A stretch of 64,000 nucleotides of DNA from NCBI GenBank assembly GCA_047495785.1, contig JBLDXI010000001.1, positions 1,364,001 to 1,428,000 of the forward strand, written 5' to 3'. Made by a program: the position numbers and the translations under genes. The stretch is from Lepidodermella squamata (Eukaryota > Animalia > Gastrotricha). This document shows positions 24,139 to 37,738 of this stretch, piece after piece (the stretch's first letter is position 1; every line of letters starts with the position of its first letter). The notes beneath the pieces are model-generated. The model was given only the letters and a program-made list of their open reading frames with translations. It ran no database searches and had not been told where the DNA came from.

Positions 24139-25764
24139 TTACGCTTTCTCGTAAGGATATTTGTAAGGATCTTCGCCCCAGTTTGCAACATTTCCCCTGA
24201 AAAAAACGAAATTAATTAAAATTTCAGAAAAATTGTTCGATAATTACCCAGGTCCATAATTGCACACCTGTGAGAAAAAAAATCAAAATTTATCAATTCT
24301 GGGACAGTAATTAAATGAGGATCCTCACCATTGCGTTTTCCCATTGGCCTTTGCATGAAGCTCTGCCACAACTGTTTTGAAAAAAATCATGAATTCTATC
24401 GCGAAAAAACTAGGATTGGTTTTTTAACTAACCCAACGTAGAGCGTCTTCGCCCAGATGAGCTGTGTCAAGTGTCCAACAACAGCGTCCTCCTTAGTCTG
24501 CCCAACACCGAATTCCCAATCCTTGATTTCATCATACCAAGCTTGGCTGGAAAATTCCGAAGGAGATGATTTTATTTAAAATTGAAACTTGAACTTACAC
24601 ACACTCCTGCCACGACCATTCGAACCCTGATGACCAGCAAATATTCTGCCCGACGTAGTCCCATTGGCTGGAGATGTTACGAGCGTCGTAAGAGTCGTGG
24701 CCATCAGGACACTGAGCTGCCCATCGCTCAGCCGTAATTGCCAGGTCTTCGTTCCACTGCAACAACGGCATTTTCTTCGCCTTATTCTGGAACATTTCTT
24801 AAAAAAACGCCACCTTAATGAAAAATTCCAGACAAAAAAAACAGGAATTACTTCTAATGCGATTGTGCTCATTCAGAGCTTCGGAAATCGGAAAAGACTT
24901 GGTTTTGATCAGATTCGACGAATCCTTCAAGCAGCTAGTATGGGCGCGATGAGCTCCTTTGATGCATTGAGGCTAAAACAATTATTAAATCATAAAATTG
25001 TCTCTTTTTTTTTAAGAAAAAATTACCCCTCTTAGACCACCTGTCATTCCGCTGGCAGAACCGTCGCTCGATTTGGTCGTTGTTGCCGCGGTTGTTGTAG
25101 TAGTTGTTTTCTCCATATCGTCAGCGCATTTCTTCTCGCAATCGCTGCGACTTCCGAACGAATTCTGCCAAGGCTGGCCACCAATGCAGCCGTAAACGTG
25201 TTGGCACTCCTTATTCCGGGTGTCAAACCGCCAGTAATACCCAGGCGTTGCCATTTTGCAGTCGTAGCTGCTTTGGTCAACAGTTGTCAGGTCGAAGCAG
25301 GAAATGTAGGCGTTCTTCGGCGGGACGTAAACTTCACCGCTGTCATCTGAGAAAAACGACATTTTGTTATCGCCATAGAAACTGTTATGATCGCCATCAT
25401 TGAACTCGTAAGATTCGACAGCTGATTGAGATTTGGCGCTCAAAGGGCAGGTTGGAGCCTCACTCCAGCTTCCATCTGTCGAGTCGCCGGTATTGAGCTT
25501 GCACGTTATGACTGGATTTCCGATTGTTGGCTTGCCGTTTTCGCAGTAGAAGGTAACTCGGTAGACCATCATGTTTCGTCCGGAGTCGTCCATGATAGAT
25601 TTAACCGTGGTTTCACTAGACGCACCGGCAACTGACGGTGCTGGCGGGCATTGGTATTGATAGGAATTTTGAAGTTTCAACCGCATTGGAACCGTGAATA
25701 AGAAAGCCATCGAGTTTGAGATGCCGAGAATCAGGATAAATCCGTAAACACCGAGATTAGCCAT
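24139..25764 (-). CDS. Secreted Sushi-Kunitz-like-CAP protein (many small CAP exons)
   Basis: Signal MANLGVYGFILILGISNSMA; CPPAP...FYCENG...CKL...WSEAPTC; WRFDTRNKECQHVYGC..NSFGSRSDC; TGGLRG|PQC; GQNICW, GHLTQLIW, CNYGP; ends PYEKA*. Confidence 0.88.
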
Positions 25765-26154
25765 GGTTAACTCAGAAATGCGAAGAAAATACAATTGCAT
25801 ATCAGTTCACAGGTGGAATACCGGCTTTTTATACCGAGCAAGATACCTGTCCGCTCGTGCGAAAACGCGTGGTTTCTTTACACTTGATTGCTAATTAGCT
25901 TCTTCGCCACTAGTTTTGCTAATTAAACCATGTCGCCGCGCGTAAATTTTGCGCTTCGACGCGCGCAACCATTTTCTTAAAAAAACAAAGCAAGACAACA
26001 AAAAAATGGCCCACCTCTTCATTTTCTCGCACTTGAAGTGTATGAAAAAATAGATAATTTTTTAATTGCTGTGCGGGTGGCAAAAATATGTGTTTTTCTT
26101 TCACAAATGAGAACAGCAGGTATGCAGCACAACAAATTATATTAATTTGTTTTT

Positions 26155-29100
26155 TTAAGCAGATTGATAAGGAACTGCGTAAGGGCTCTGGAATCCGTTG
26201 CCAATATTTCCGCCAGGGCCGTAGTTGCAGACAAGGGTGTACTCCCATTCCGTGCCCGAGCATTTTGCTTTACCACAGCCAACGAATAAAGTGTCAGCCC
26301 AGATCATTCTGCCGAAAAAAAACAATAGCCATAGAAAAAATAATTGAGCCTCGATGAACTTACTGAGTATAATGGCCGACAATAGCTTCAGCGGGGACCG
26401 GGCCAACTTTGTAACGCCAATTAGCTTTTTCTTCGCCCCAAGCTGGAATATAGCAATTTTATAGTCGAAATTTCGATTGGTACAGTGAATTCCTTACCAT
26501 CGATACACTCTGTCCAAGATTCCTCAGCTCCGGATTTCCAGCAAATATTCTGCCCGACCCATTCCCAACTTGAAAAGAATGAACGGTTAATATATACGAT
26601 AGGTAGAATAAAAACCGGAATTTACTCGTCTGTGGCTCTTGATTCGGGGGTGTTATGCCCGGTTGGGCATTGAGCCGCCCATCTTTCGGCCATGATTGCC
26701 AATTCTTGCGAATATTTCAGCATTGGCATCTTCTTAGCCGGAGGCTGAACAGCGCGGCGGTACTTATTGTGAGCATCTAACACTTCGTCAATGTAGAATC
26801 TGAAGGTCCTCTCCAAGTTGGGCGAATCGTCTAGGCAGCTCGAATGGTCAGGATCAACTCCAGGCAAGCATTGAGGCTGTATTAAGACAAAAAAAGTTAG
26901 GTTCCCGAATTTTCCAAAAAAAATCTTCATTCAGTTAACTTGAAAGCGAGCGATTCTTGGATTTCTTCAGTTTTTCTTTCAGATTTTTTAATTTCAGTCC
27001 TCATTGATGCTCCCCGCCCTCAATAAAGAATGGGAAAACAAAAACAGAGAAATTTCACCAACCACCTTTTCCAAGCCTTTTCCCTTTATGTCATCTGTCA
27101 ATGTTTCCCTGAAAATGCATGAATTTACCCCGATTAAACCTCCACTTTCGCCGTTTGAAGAAGGCGCCGGGGTTGTAGTTGTCGTTGTTGTCGTAGCCGT
27201 TCGAGCTCTTGTAGTAGTAGCAAGTCTTGTGGTGGTTCGAGGTGTGGTAGTAGTGGTCGTTGTCGTAGTCGTAGTCGTAGTTGTCGGCCTAGTTGTAGTA
27301 GTTGTCCTCGTTGTAGTCCGAGTCGTTGTGCTGGTCATCCTAGTCGGCATCGTTTGAGGTTGAGGGGTCGTCCATCTCGTCGTAGCAGTAATGGGCGGGG
27401 TGAACCTTGTCGGGCCATAACCATCAGCATCGTACGGCTTCAAAAATGGACTCTGCCCATTCACGCCCACGTTTCCACCAGGACCGTAATTACAAACGTA
27501 AACATAATTCCAGAAAATATTTCGACAAATCGCTCGACCGCATCTGATTTTTTAATTTTAGTTCAATTATTTTAAAATTTATTGAAAAATACCCAACGTG
27601 AGTTGTTTCGCCCCAAATGACTTGCGTGTAGTGTCCCACGGTCGCATTAGTCGGATAAGGGCCATAGTTGTACCGATAAAATTGCTTTTCAGACGCCCAA
27701 TTCTCAACAGTATCAGTCCAAGATCGCTCATTTGTCGCAAATCGCATGTTTTGCCCGACCCAGTTCCATTGAGGCATTCGGCGATCAGGGCCTGTATTAT
27801 GCGCAATCATGCACTGAGCAGCCCATCGCTCGGCGGCGATCGCCAACTCTTCGGACCACTGAAGTTGCGGCATGTAGATGGCGGCCGGCGAAACTGCGGC
27901 ACGGTACTTATTGTGGGCCTCTAATACCTCGTCGTAGTTGAAGCTGATAGTTTGGACCAAATTAGGACTGTCCCACAAACAGCTGGAATGGTTCGCCGGG
28001 ACCCCGGTCAAACATTGAGGCTAAACGGAATATAGAAAAAATATAAAAATAGGTTAATTCCAACGTAAAATTGCAACTAAATTGTTTGATAATTTATTAA
28101 ATTAATTTTCAAAAATTTTAAAATTTAAATTTTAAAAATTAAATTAAAATAATTGTTTGATTCATTTAAAAATTAAAATTAAATTAAAAAAATTAATTTT
28201 GCCCACTTTTTAATTTTCATTGTTTAAAAAAGTTGAATGGTGAAAAAATGAAAAAATTACCCCTCTACGGCCACCACTTCTCCGGCTAGCCGGTGGCGCC
28301 ATGGTCCATGGTTGCCAGGACGATGTGGTTGTAGGCGGTGGTGTGCTGACTGGCGACGCGCCTGACCCGACCGTGTAAGGAAAGGCGTACGGGCTGCGGC
28401 TTCTGTCGCCAATATTTCCACCCGGGCCGTAATTGCACACGAGTACGTACTCCCACTCGCTGTCTTTACAATGCGCCCGCCCACAGCCGACGTGCGTCGT
28501 GTTGCCGTGAATTATCTGAGTGTAATGCCCGACTACGTCAGTCGAACGACGAGGCCCACTGCCGTAAACCCAGTTCTGAAAATAAAATTATTAAAATTAA
28601 CGGGAAAAAAATCGAAAAATCGTGTGATACCTTGCTTTCAGATCCCCAAGAATTGATACAATCAGTCCAGCTTTGCTCGTAACTGGCGGCGCACAAGTTC
28701 TGACCGACCCAAGGCCAGCCTCTCGCGGCCAATTTTCGAGCATCCGCGCTGTTGTGGGCGAATTCACATTGCGCAGCCCACTGTATTAAATTTTCAAATT
28801 TCAGTTTTATTCCAATAAGCAAAACTAACTCTTTCAGCTGAAACGGCTAGATCATTGTCCCACTTCAAGGGTCGAAGTGGGGGATCTGCAACCGGATCAA
28901 CGCGATCTATTTCGAAATTAAACGTGAGAAAATTGACCCAGAAAATAACATTTCAACCTCGATAAAAGTTGTGAGTATCCAAAATCTCTTTGGCGCTATT
29001 TTTAAGAGTTTCAACCAAGTAAGGAGAATCGTCCAAGCAACTTGAATGGGTGATTGGTACATTGGGAAGGCATTGAGCCTGGGTAAAAATGGCTTATAGA

Positions 29101-29830
29101 TGCGAAATTTTCAATGACCGAGTAATTTTACCCCACTTAGACCGCCTTTCAAGTCACCGCTGTCAGTTGGGACTGTGGTAGTTGTCCTCCAAGAGTCTGC
29201 ATCACGTGGATTAGAACTCGGCTTATTGACGCATTTATCACGACAGTCATCGATGGTCGCAAAACCGAGGGGTGAAGTAAGGCAAGCGAGATATCGATCG
29301 CAATCGGCCTTTTCCTCAGAATATTTGTACCTCAAGGCGATACTCGGGAAACATTGAAGAACTTCGTTCGGCGATGGGTTCGTCGAGCACTCTGTGTTTT
29401 TACCAGTCCCACTGTCCGCATCGTCGTAGTCGTCTTTCGAACAAGTTGGAATATTTCGCCACGGGCCACTCGACGAATCACGGCAGGTCAAAGTCGCTGT
29501 CCCGATCAGCCGATATCCGGCTTTACAGCTATAAGTCAACAAATACGACTTGCTGGAAGCGTCGTTGCTCATAGTGACGGTGATCAGGGTGTAAAGGCCG
29601 TTGCTGATCGACGGCGGGTCTCCGCATGGTGTTGTTATTGAATTATCGGCAACCCCCCTCGTTCGATTTCTCCGATTTGATTGATCTTCCTGGCCGCTGA
29701 GTTGAAAAGTAGGCTGGGTCTCGGGGACTAGGCCATCGTTTCCGTTTTCGTTCACGGTGAAATCGCACTTGCTAGGTGAAAGTGCCAACGCGAAAATTAA
29801 AATAACCTGCTCTTTGAACGTAATCATCAT
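26155..29830 (-). CDS. Secreted Sushi-Kunitz-like protein with three tandem CAP domains
   Basis: One signal peptide at 29830; in-frame phase-0 junctions GGLSG|AQC, GGRRG|PQC, GGLIG|PQC. Each CAP has HN.YR, WAAQC..H, GQN, GHYTQ, CNYGPGGN. No stop in the spliced model until YAVPYQSA*. Confidence 0.85.
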
Positions 29831-30181
29831 CTAGTATAATAAACCCGAAATTAGCACCACGATTAAAACAACCGCGCGTATAATGACTAATGCCAAATGA
29901 TATATTATAGTAAAATGCCTCTTTTATAAAATCTCACCTTTTGTGAACTGTATACACTTCGGCGTGGTAGAGTGGTTGTTTGTTGTTTATTAATGAAAAT
30001 TTGGTTACATTTAATTATTAGCGCTTGTTACGCACTTTCTGCGAGATCTTGTCGTGTTAACAAGAAAGCTCACGTTAAGTTGTGGGTGGAAGTTGCCTCC
30101 TAACGGCAATTATTAAAACTCGATGACTCGCTCAATGACATTATTTTATTGAATTGCCAACAATTACAGCAGAAAAAAAAG

Positions 30182-31901
30182 TTAAACGACGGGTTTGTAA
30201 TCGAAAATTTCCTGGTGGATAAAATCCAAAAACTTAACAACGCGAACGTAGACACCCGGTTTGCCAGCTTGAGCACAGCCGATGCCGTAGGAGACCACGC
30301 CATTGAGCACCCAATTGTCATTCGGGCCAATTTTGCATACAAGTGGCCCGCCTGAGTCACCTTGGCATGAATCATGGCCTCCCTCTTTGTAACCAGCACA
30401 CATCATCCGATCAGTCAATTGAGACTAATAATTGATATAAAAAATGAAAAATACTCGATTTGAGCGAAGATTGATTACCCTTAAAGTTGAATCCCAGGAG
30501 GCACATTTCGCGTTGGTGACGACTGGAACCGCGATTTGTTTCAGCTCGTCATCGTGGCCTGTACCCTTTGTGAGACCGAAGCCACTGGCGAAGCATGTCG
30601 CGTTATCAGTCGGATGGTTATTGGCGTTAAATGGCAGGCAAACTGGACGGACGAATCTGTTGAAGGTAGCGCCTGGTGCTTTCAGCCGGATAATGGCAAT
30701 GTCATTGTTGTGGCCATTACCATCCTGATACTTCGGGTGCTTGATGACGTCGTCAGCCTCCAGTTTCTGTTCTTCGTGTTTGTATAGATTGGGATCCCTA
30801 TATGAGTAATGACGACCGGCCCAATATTCATACTTCGACAAATTTCTGTCCGCCGTGAAGCAGTGGGCAGCTGACACAATATGGCGATTTGAAACCAGAG
30901 TTCCACCGCAAAGTGGCCCATCGTCGTACGCAATCATAATTTGCCAGGGCCAAGAGAATTTTCTGGCTAAACAACCTCCGACAATCCTGTCGTCAATAGG
31001 CAGCCCTGCCTCGTCTGGCTTACATTTATTGTCGAGAACAGGCGGGACTTCCTGGAGGCCGCATGTTGGCGGGAAACGAGTGGTAGTAGTAGAAGTAGTC
31101 GTTGTCGTTGTCGTTGAAGTAGGTGTGGGCCTAGAATTTCGCAATGCGAGTTTATCGTGAAATAGGATGAAGCTTAAGGTAATTGGGCCGATGCCCAAAT
31201 TTTGAAAATATTATAAGCAGTGCACTTCGGGATGCTGAATTGTGGCAAGGCTACCCGCTAATTGCCAAAAATCAGATTAAATCGCCAAAATTTGCAGACC
31301 GATTAAAATTTACCATTTACCAAATTTTTCTGAATTAGCACTGATTTTCTCCACGGAAAACACGTTTAAATCTAAAATTACACAGCGTTACAAACCTTTG
31401 CGGGGGTTGCAGATTCGTCGGAACTTCAGTTATAATATCAGTTGGATTGCCGCATTCCGTCGTCACTATTTCAGCCCGAAACACCTTAGCGCCCGGTTTT
31501 GAGCCGGTTTTGAAAACAACGGTCATCTGATTTCCCGAGGAGCGAATCGGTTTCGAAAAATCGCCCAACCCACACGACCAGAATAGAAGATTACCGTTAG
31601 CCATGTTTTGACCATCGAAAACCCCAATGATATCCTCGGAGCATTCAGCATTCTGGTCGAAATTTTGAGCAGCTGAAAAACGAAATTCGAAACTCATAGG
31701 CTTGATGGCTTGAAGCTTACTTATTAGCTTAAATTCCAAGCATTCGCCTCGATCAGCCGCCGGGGTCCACTTGACTAATTTGTTTGGCTGCAGTGTTTCT
31801 CTGTTTTTCGGGTAGAGAATTGGTATCTTTTTGCCTCTCTTGCCACAGATAGGCGAGATGAGCAATGCCACAACTACTAAACAGGCTAGCTGGAGTTTCA
31901 T
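30182..31901 (-). CDS. Secreted CUB-domain trypsin-like serine protease (S1A)
   Basis: Signal [14 protein letters not shown]; CUB (C..D.I.VFDG...CG...[12 protein letters not shown]); Thr linker; DDR-IVGG activation site; SAAHC, NDIA, GDSGGP triad; S1 Asp in HDSCQGDS indicates Arg/Lys specificity. Confidence 0.93.
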
Positions 31902-33363
31902 GGGTGGAAATAATGTGTTAATTAATTTAAATGTTGAGGCACTCATTTTCAAAAGGCAAGTCGGGAATTTTCGAACTGACGCCAAAAAGGTGTTGCCATA
32001 TATATGCGTAATAAGGTATGTGGCTAACTAAGATTTTCAGCAAACAATGAAAATTTAATTGCTAGTCGGCAAAATGAGGGACAATGAAATATGAAAGTAA
32101 ACATGTGCCAAACAAACGAGGAAATAAAAATTGGGAGCATGTGACTCTAAGGCCAGGAGTGATTTAAAATTTGAAGCTTTTACCTGGTTGGAATCTTAAA
32201 ATGGCCATTTACTTTATTCCTTGGCTAACCCAGTTAAAATTAAGCACAAGGCGCAGATCAGATTGGAAAGTTGGCGACATATCCATTGACGTTGCCTAAT
32301 CATAAATTCGGGCACTAAATATGGCCTATGGACCCAAGTTATTTCACGGATGATTCGTTGGTCAGATATTTGTCACTTGATCCGAAGTCGATCTTAGAAA
32401 ATGCCGGAACCTTTGCTGCGGAGGAAAAGATATTCGAAATTCAGGATCTCAGCAGAAAATTGCGTAAAGAAAGGCCGAAAGCCAAATCATACCATTTACC
32501 GCGGCAAATCCCCACGAAACAATAACACCACTGACTTTCATCACCGTTTGTAAATTTTATTCTTTTTCTCAAATTATTAGTTTCGTTTCTTCGTCATATC
32601 AGGTAACATATCCGAGTTGACGGCTACATACAGGCAAAGAAAAAAAAACGAAGATTTCCACGTGGAATAATAGCAACAATAATTATGCCCGTTAAAGTTT
32701 TGCAGTTTTTTTTAGTCTCAGACAGGTAAGTCAGATCGATTATCAAACAAAATAGCCAGGAAGTTTCAAGGAGGATGACGCACTTTTCAACGAATTAGGC
32801 CAACATTCAACATTTCCCACTCTCAAATAATAATTACAACAATAAGGGCTGTAATAAGGATCACGTCCCAAAAATGCAGAATAATAATATTATACGTATA
32901 AACATTGTTTTCGTAAAAATTTCAAGATCTACTGCACTCAACTAGAAATTCGGTTGTACTTCATCAGATATAACGTATGCATAAAAATCGGAGAATACTT
33001 TTTACCAGAATCATCACTAATTACAAGTTGCATTCAGACCCTTAGCCGCGTCATTCGAGGCCCATCACTCTTAATCGCAAGACTAGATTGTTTTCAGTCG
33101 AAGATATAATGGCACAAAAATTCTAAAAAATTTGTTATCAGCTAAAACTATAACAGTTAGTTTATCTGGGCTAGTTACCTGCAGCTATTACAAATTCCGA
33201 TAAATAAATACGCACAACAATATAGATTTAAGGTTAATATTACATGAAAAATTGAGAAGAAAACAATAATTTTCTATATAATTTTGTATCACTAAATCGC
33301 TCTCAACCTTTCAGGAAAACAAAATAATAAATTCACGCTCTGGTATATGGAATCGATATCGGA

Positions 33364-36300
33364 TCAATTAGCAGGTGTTGTTAGCGAGGATATGGTCGAT
33401 GAGAAACTATCAGTCGCCATGCTTTCATCCATGGCTAATCGAATGTTGTCGGAATAGAACGCTAGCACTAGAATAGATATGTAGCCTATCACCATTCCGG
33501 TATCGGCGATGGCTAAATGGGAGCATAAATGGAGTACAGAAGGCTTCGCCCCGTGCGGTTCACCCGAGCCGCTCAGCATCGCCGAGTCGTGACTGTGACC
33601 GTGCCCGCCGGCATCGGGCGTCAACTCGGGTAACAAATCCGTCAGCGAGATGTACAAAAATAGACCAGCTGCGATTGCGTAGATGATAGTGCTAAAATAA
33701 TAGAATAATTTGATGAAAAATTCCTCCTTAAAAATTAAAAAAAATTTTACTTTGCGGCGGGCATTTCGCCTACCACAGCGCCGATGGCGAAACCAGCGTA
33801 ACACAGACAGGCGGATAGAAAATTGAAGGCAAGCGCTTTCCGCAACGGCATGCCGGCTCGAAGTAGCACAGCCAAGTCACCGAGTTCGTGCGGCAATTCT
33901 TCGGCTAACACTGCTAGGGCTATAGATAGGCCTTCTGGGAACGATCTCGACATACCAGCACCAATCGTTAACCCGTCCACGAAATTGTGGATGCCTGGAA
34001 GAAAGAAAACGGTTCACAATTTGAAAATAATCATTTCATTTAGTTTTTTACTTTTTACTATACCTGAAATACCTTTTTAGAATCTTTATGGTAATATGAA
34101 CTTTAATCCTCGCAAAAATTTCCACAATAACTAAACTCCGCGAGGAAGCCAAAGTTACAGTGCTCCCGGTTCTCTTGCAATTTCAATTCAACTCAGGTTT
34201 TGCTACTCCTCAGTAGAATAGGTTTAGTTCATACTTCAATCAGAGACCAGCAAAAGTTGTTCACACTACAGATTGTTCCTGTTTATTTGCGAGAAGTAGG
34301 TCACGACAAAAAAGAAGGGTCATGGCTAATGATGAGCATTTAAAACTGGTGCTTGGTTTTTTGCCAGATAAGCCAGCTTTATCCTATTAAGTCGACTTTA
34401 ACACGACAACTTTGAAAATAACCCCCATTATTTTATTCAAAAAACTTTCAGCAAGACGCTTACCACAATCACTAATTGTTCATATGAATATTGCTATGAA
34501 TTACTGGCCGGTGAGCGTAGTAAATCCATGCGGGCAGCCTCAGAAATATGGCGGCAAGATACGTGATGGCACGGTGCAAGATGGAAAAAAAATACTTTTC
34601 GCATATTAGTTCACGTTAAATCACTGCTTATGAGCACGTTTTGCATATGGATAGGACAATTTTTTCGACCGCATTAATTTGATGACTGATGACGTAAATA
34701 AAAGTTAAGTGGCGAATCTGCCGCGCTGCCAACGACATGCCAATACGAACTTCCCGGCTCTTTACCAACGTCATCGTTCATTTTCAAGATTATTGAGCGT
34801 GAGAGTACGACGAAAAGCCTTGCTTTTGAAACTAAATTGCCATTTTTTACTTATTAAGCCAGCAGATGATTCTACAGAATGTCTCTAAAGGGCGGTTCAC
34901 AAAATCGCTTTTTACGCATGAAAGACAATAACGTTTTTTTCAAGGTCATTTGAATCGTGAACGATACCCAATAAGTTTCATTGAATTCACTCATATTCAC
35001 TCATCACAAAGCCGAGGGCAAAAGCCGGCAAAATAACACATTTCCAGACGCTTCAGCGGAGAATTTGCTACGTGAAGTTACGCACCATTCTAACCCCGGT
35101 GCTCAGGTAGTGTCGCTCATCGAGAGGCGGATAAAGTGAAGCTCGACTGAGTTGATATAGCTGGAAAATTCGTTGTGTCGGTGCGCATGCGTGACTATTA
35201 CTTGCGCCTACGAAACGCAGCTAGGAAAAGTCCATTTCAAATGGGTGATTACAAAATGAAGAAAAATTCATGCTTCCGTTCTTTTCTTCAAATCAATGAG
35301 GATTTTTTAATAAAGATTAGAGCATTAATGAAAATATGATCAAAATTTATTTGATATAAGTATGCGGTTGCATTATTCCAGCTTAGCGTCCTGACCTGGT
35401 TCAAATTTGCCAACATTCCTAGTTTGCCACGTGGTCGATACCACGTTTTCATTTGGTTTGCGCTGACTGTGAAGTCATTGTTCAAAAGAGGTTGAATTAA
35501 GCAAGTGAATGTAACTTCTTTCTTTGTGTTATAGGGGATTCATTTTCAGAAATAAAATTTGGTATTTATTTCTGGTTATATTTGAATTTTATTATTTGAC
35601 TGAGGGCAAGCAGATGAGTTGAACTCAAATTTCTGAATATAATGTAGCTTACCATCGCCAAAAATGACCATCCAAGCAACGGGTTGAACTTCAGATAGTG
35701 ATTTAGCTGCCACACTCGCCTCCCGCTTCACAACACTCGGTACGATTTCATGGTCGCCCTTGAAGTGACTATTCACCAGTTTTATCGATGGCGACGGAAC
35801 CGGCGGCTGCAGATCGGCCGCAAATACCTCGTTCTCCCCGCAGTTGTTTGTTATATTGATAGTAAGCTCTCTATTCCTATTTGGCACATTATCCGACGAA
35901 TTGACCGCGCCCGATATCGACAGCCCGGTCACCCCAGACGCCCGCGTGTTCGGGTGATTGTGGCTTATACTGGTCACGTGATTCATGACAGACTCACTCT
36001 CACGGCTCGATTTCCTAGCCACGTTATTATGACGAAGTAAGGCATCACCGGAAACATTGAGTGCTATATTGCTATCTTCGTTACAGCTGCATTGAGTCGC
36101 AATCATAGGCGCAGTTACAAAAGAATCACTGTTGTTGCTGTGGAGCCTAGGGTGATTAGTACTCTGCCCCGGGTTATTCGACTGGGCTGAATTACTATTA
36201 CACGGACAATCAGTTTTCGATTGAGCATTTTGTTTTTGCTGAAATTAATAAAACAAATTAAAAAATTATGATGAAATTGACATGGAAAGTTCTTACCCTT

Positions 36301-36780
36301 GATTGCAGTTTCGCCAAAAGCAGTTTCAGTATTTGTTCAAAATTGAAAAACAGAAATATGGTCGTCACAGCAATGGTCACTTTAATATTGTAAGTTCTTC
36401 GATAACTCCAATCCATGAGGTCTATTTCCAACGCCTGAAAAAAATCGGAGAACAATTAAAATATATAAGGATTTTTTAATAATTTTTACCCCGGCCAGAA
36501 GAAATAGTAACGCACTGCCGGCTAGAACTCCGACAGCAACAGAAACCATGAACAGTAATAGAGTCTTGTACCAGTGTTTTTTCGATAGAGGATTCACAGC
36601 GATGCCGAATAACGAACACATATTGATACCAGTGACAAGGAGCAAACCATACCCCCATACTGGAATTATTGGGAAAAATTGGTCGGAATTTCAGTTTCAA
36701 TCAATAAACAATTGATTACCTTGATAGGCTGGCGGTGGCACTGCAAGATGAAGCGGAGTGCTGATAGTCGAATTATCCAT
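33364..36780 (-). CDS. ZIP (SLC39, LIV-1 subfamily) metal transporter, ZIP8/ZIP14-like
   Basis: WGYG-TM1; AWMVIFGDG|IHNFVDGLTIGA; LAEELPHELGDLAVLL; FLYISLTDLLPEL. A 1.65-kb intron splits TM4. Start codon tentative. Confidence 0.9.
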
Positions 36781-37738
36781 AATCGCCAACAAAAATCACG
36801 GGTTAGAAAAATGCGATATTCAGTCAGATTCCACTAAAATCTCGCAATGAGTATATCATAATTGAATAAATATTTCATCTAAAAAAAGATTACAAATATA
36901 TCATAAAATTGCATTTTTACTTTCCATCGAGTGCTTTCTACGAATTTCGCTGTCATCACAAAGCACGATAATTATATAAAACTAGGCGTGATTTCTACGA
37001 TTTTCTAGACGATTTTTCGCAACAGCCACCTTAATATAAAATTGAACAGAAGTACATGTATATAATCGAGCTACTGTGCAGATTCGATTCAAGTAGTAGT
37101 GTTGGCGAAACGACGACGGAATCAATTGAATAAACATGAAACATCAACAAAATCAACGATAACCCATCAATAACGGCGATCACCGAAAATTTTCTCAACA
37201 GTCCGATGCCGATGCAACCGGTCTTGAATTTAGATAATTTTTTCGAAACATTGAGTCGACACATCAATCAAATCGAACTCAATGGTATCACATCAGGTGT
37301 GAACGGATTATATAGTTATGGTAGTTCTTTATACAAATCCGCGCGTGATTAAGGTGGAAGAAAGGCCTTCGAGTACACAAGGGCATTTAATAGCTAATTA
37401 TTTCTGTTGAGACGAACCGATAACAACATGGAGAATATAATCAACATTGCATAACGTATGTTTTACTGACTTCGCAATTGCGACGGATGAGTGAAAAATA
37501 AAAATTTAATAAGATTTTTTGAAGAATATTATCATTTCAATATGCACGAGATTTCAATAGAACGCGTCAATTTTTCTTTAGAATCGAAAAATTACGCGAA
37601 ATTACAATTTACAAATTTTCTACGTCAAACGATAAGGCAGTCATTGGCTTGAAAATAATAATTCGCTAAATATTTCGTGGCTATATTAGACAATCAAAAT
37701 AACTGGATTACATAAATTTCAGGTGGTACCGGCAATCA

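Noticed and set aside
16140-27357. Poly-Val ORFs (16140-16871, 17774-18121, 19936-20754, 22400-23149, 27004-27357; also 49697-49999)
   Set aside because: Reverse complements of ACN (Thr) runs, not membrane proteins.
32328-32525. 65-aa plus-strand ORF between the protease and ZIP genes
   Set aside because: Short, with no homology cues; cannot be supported.
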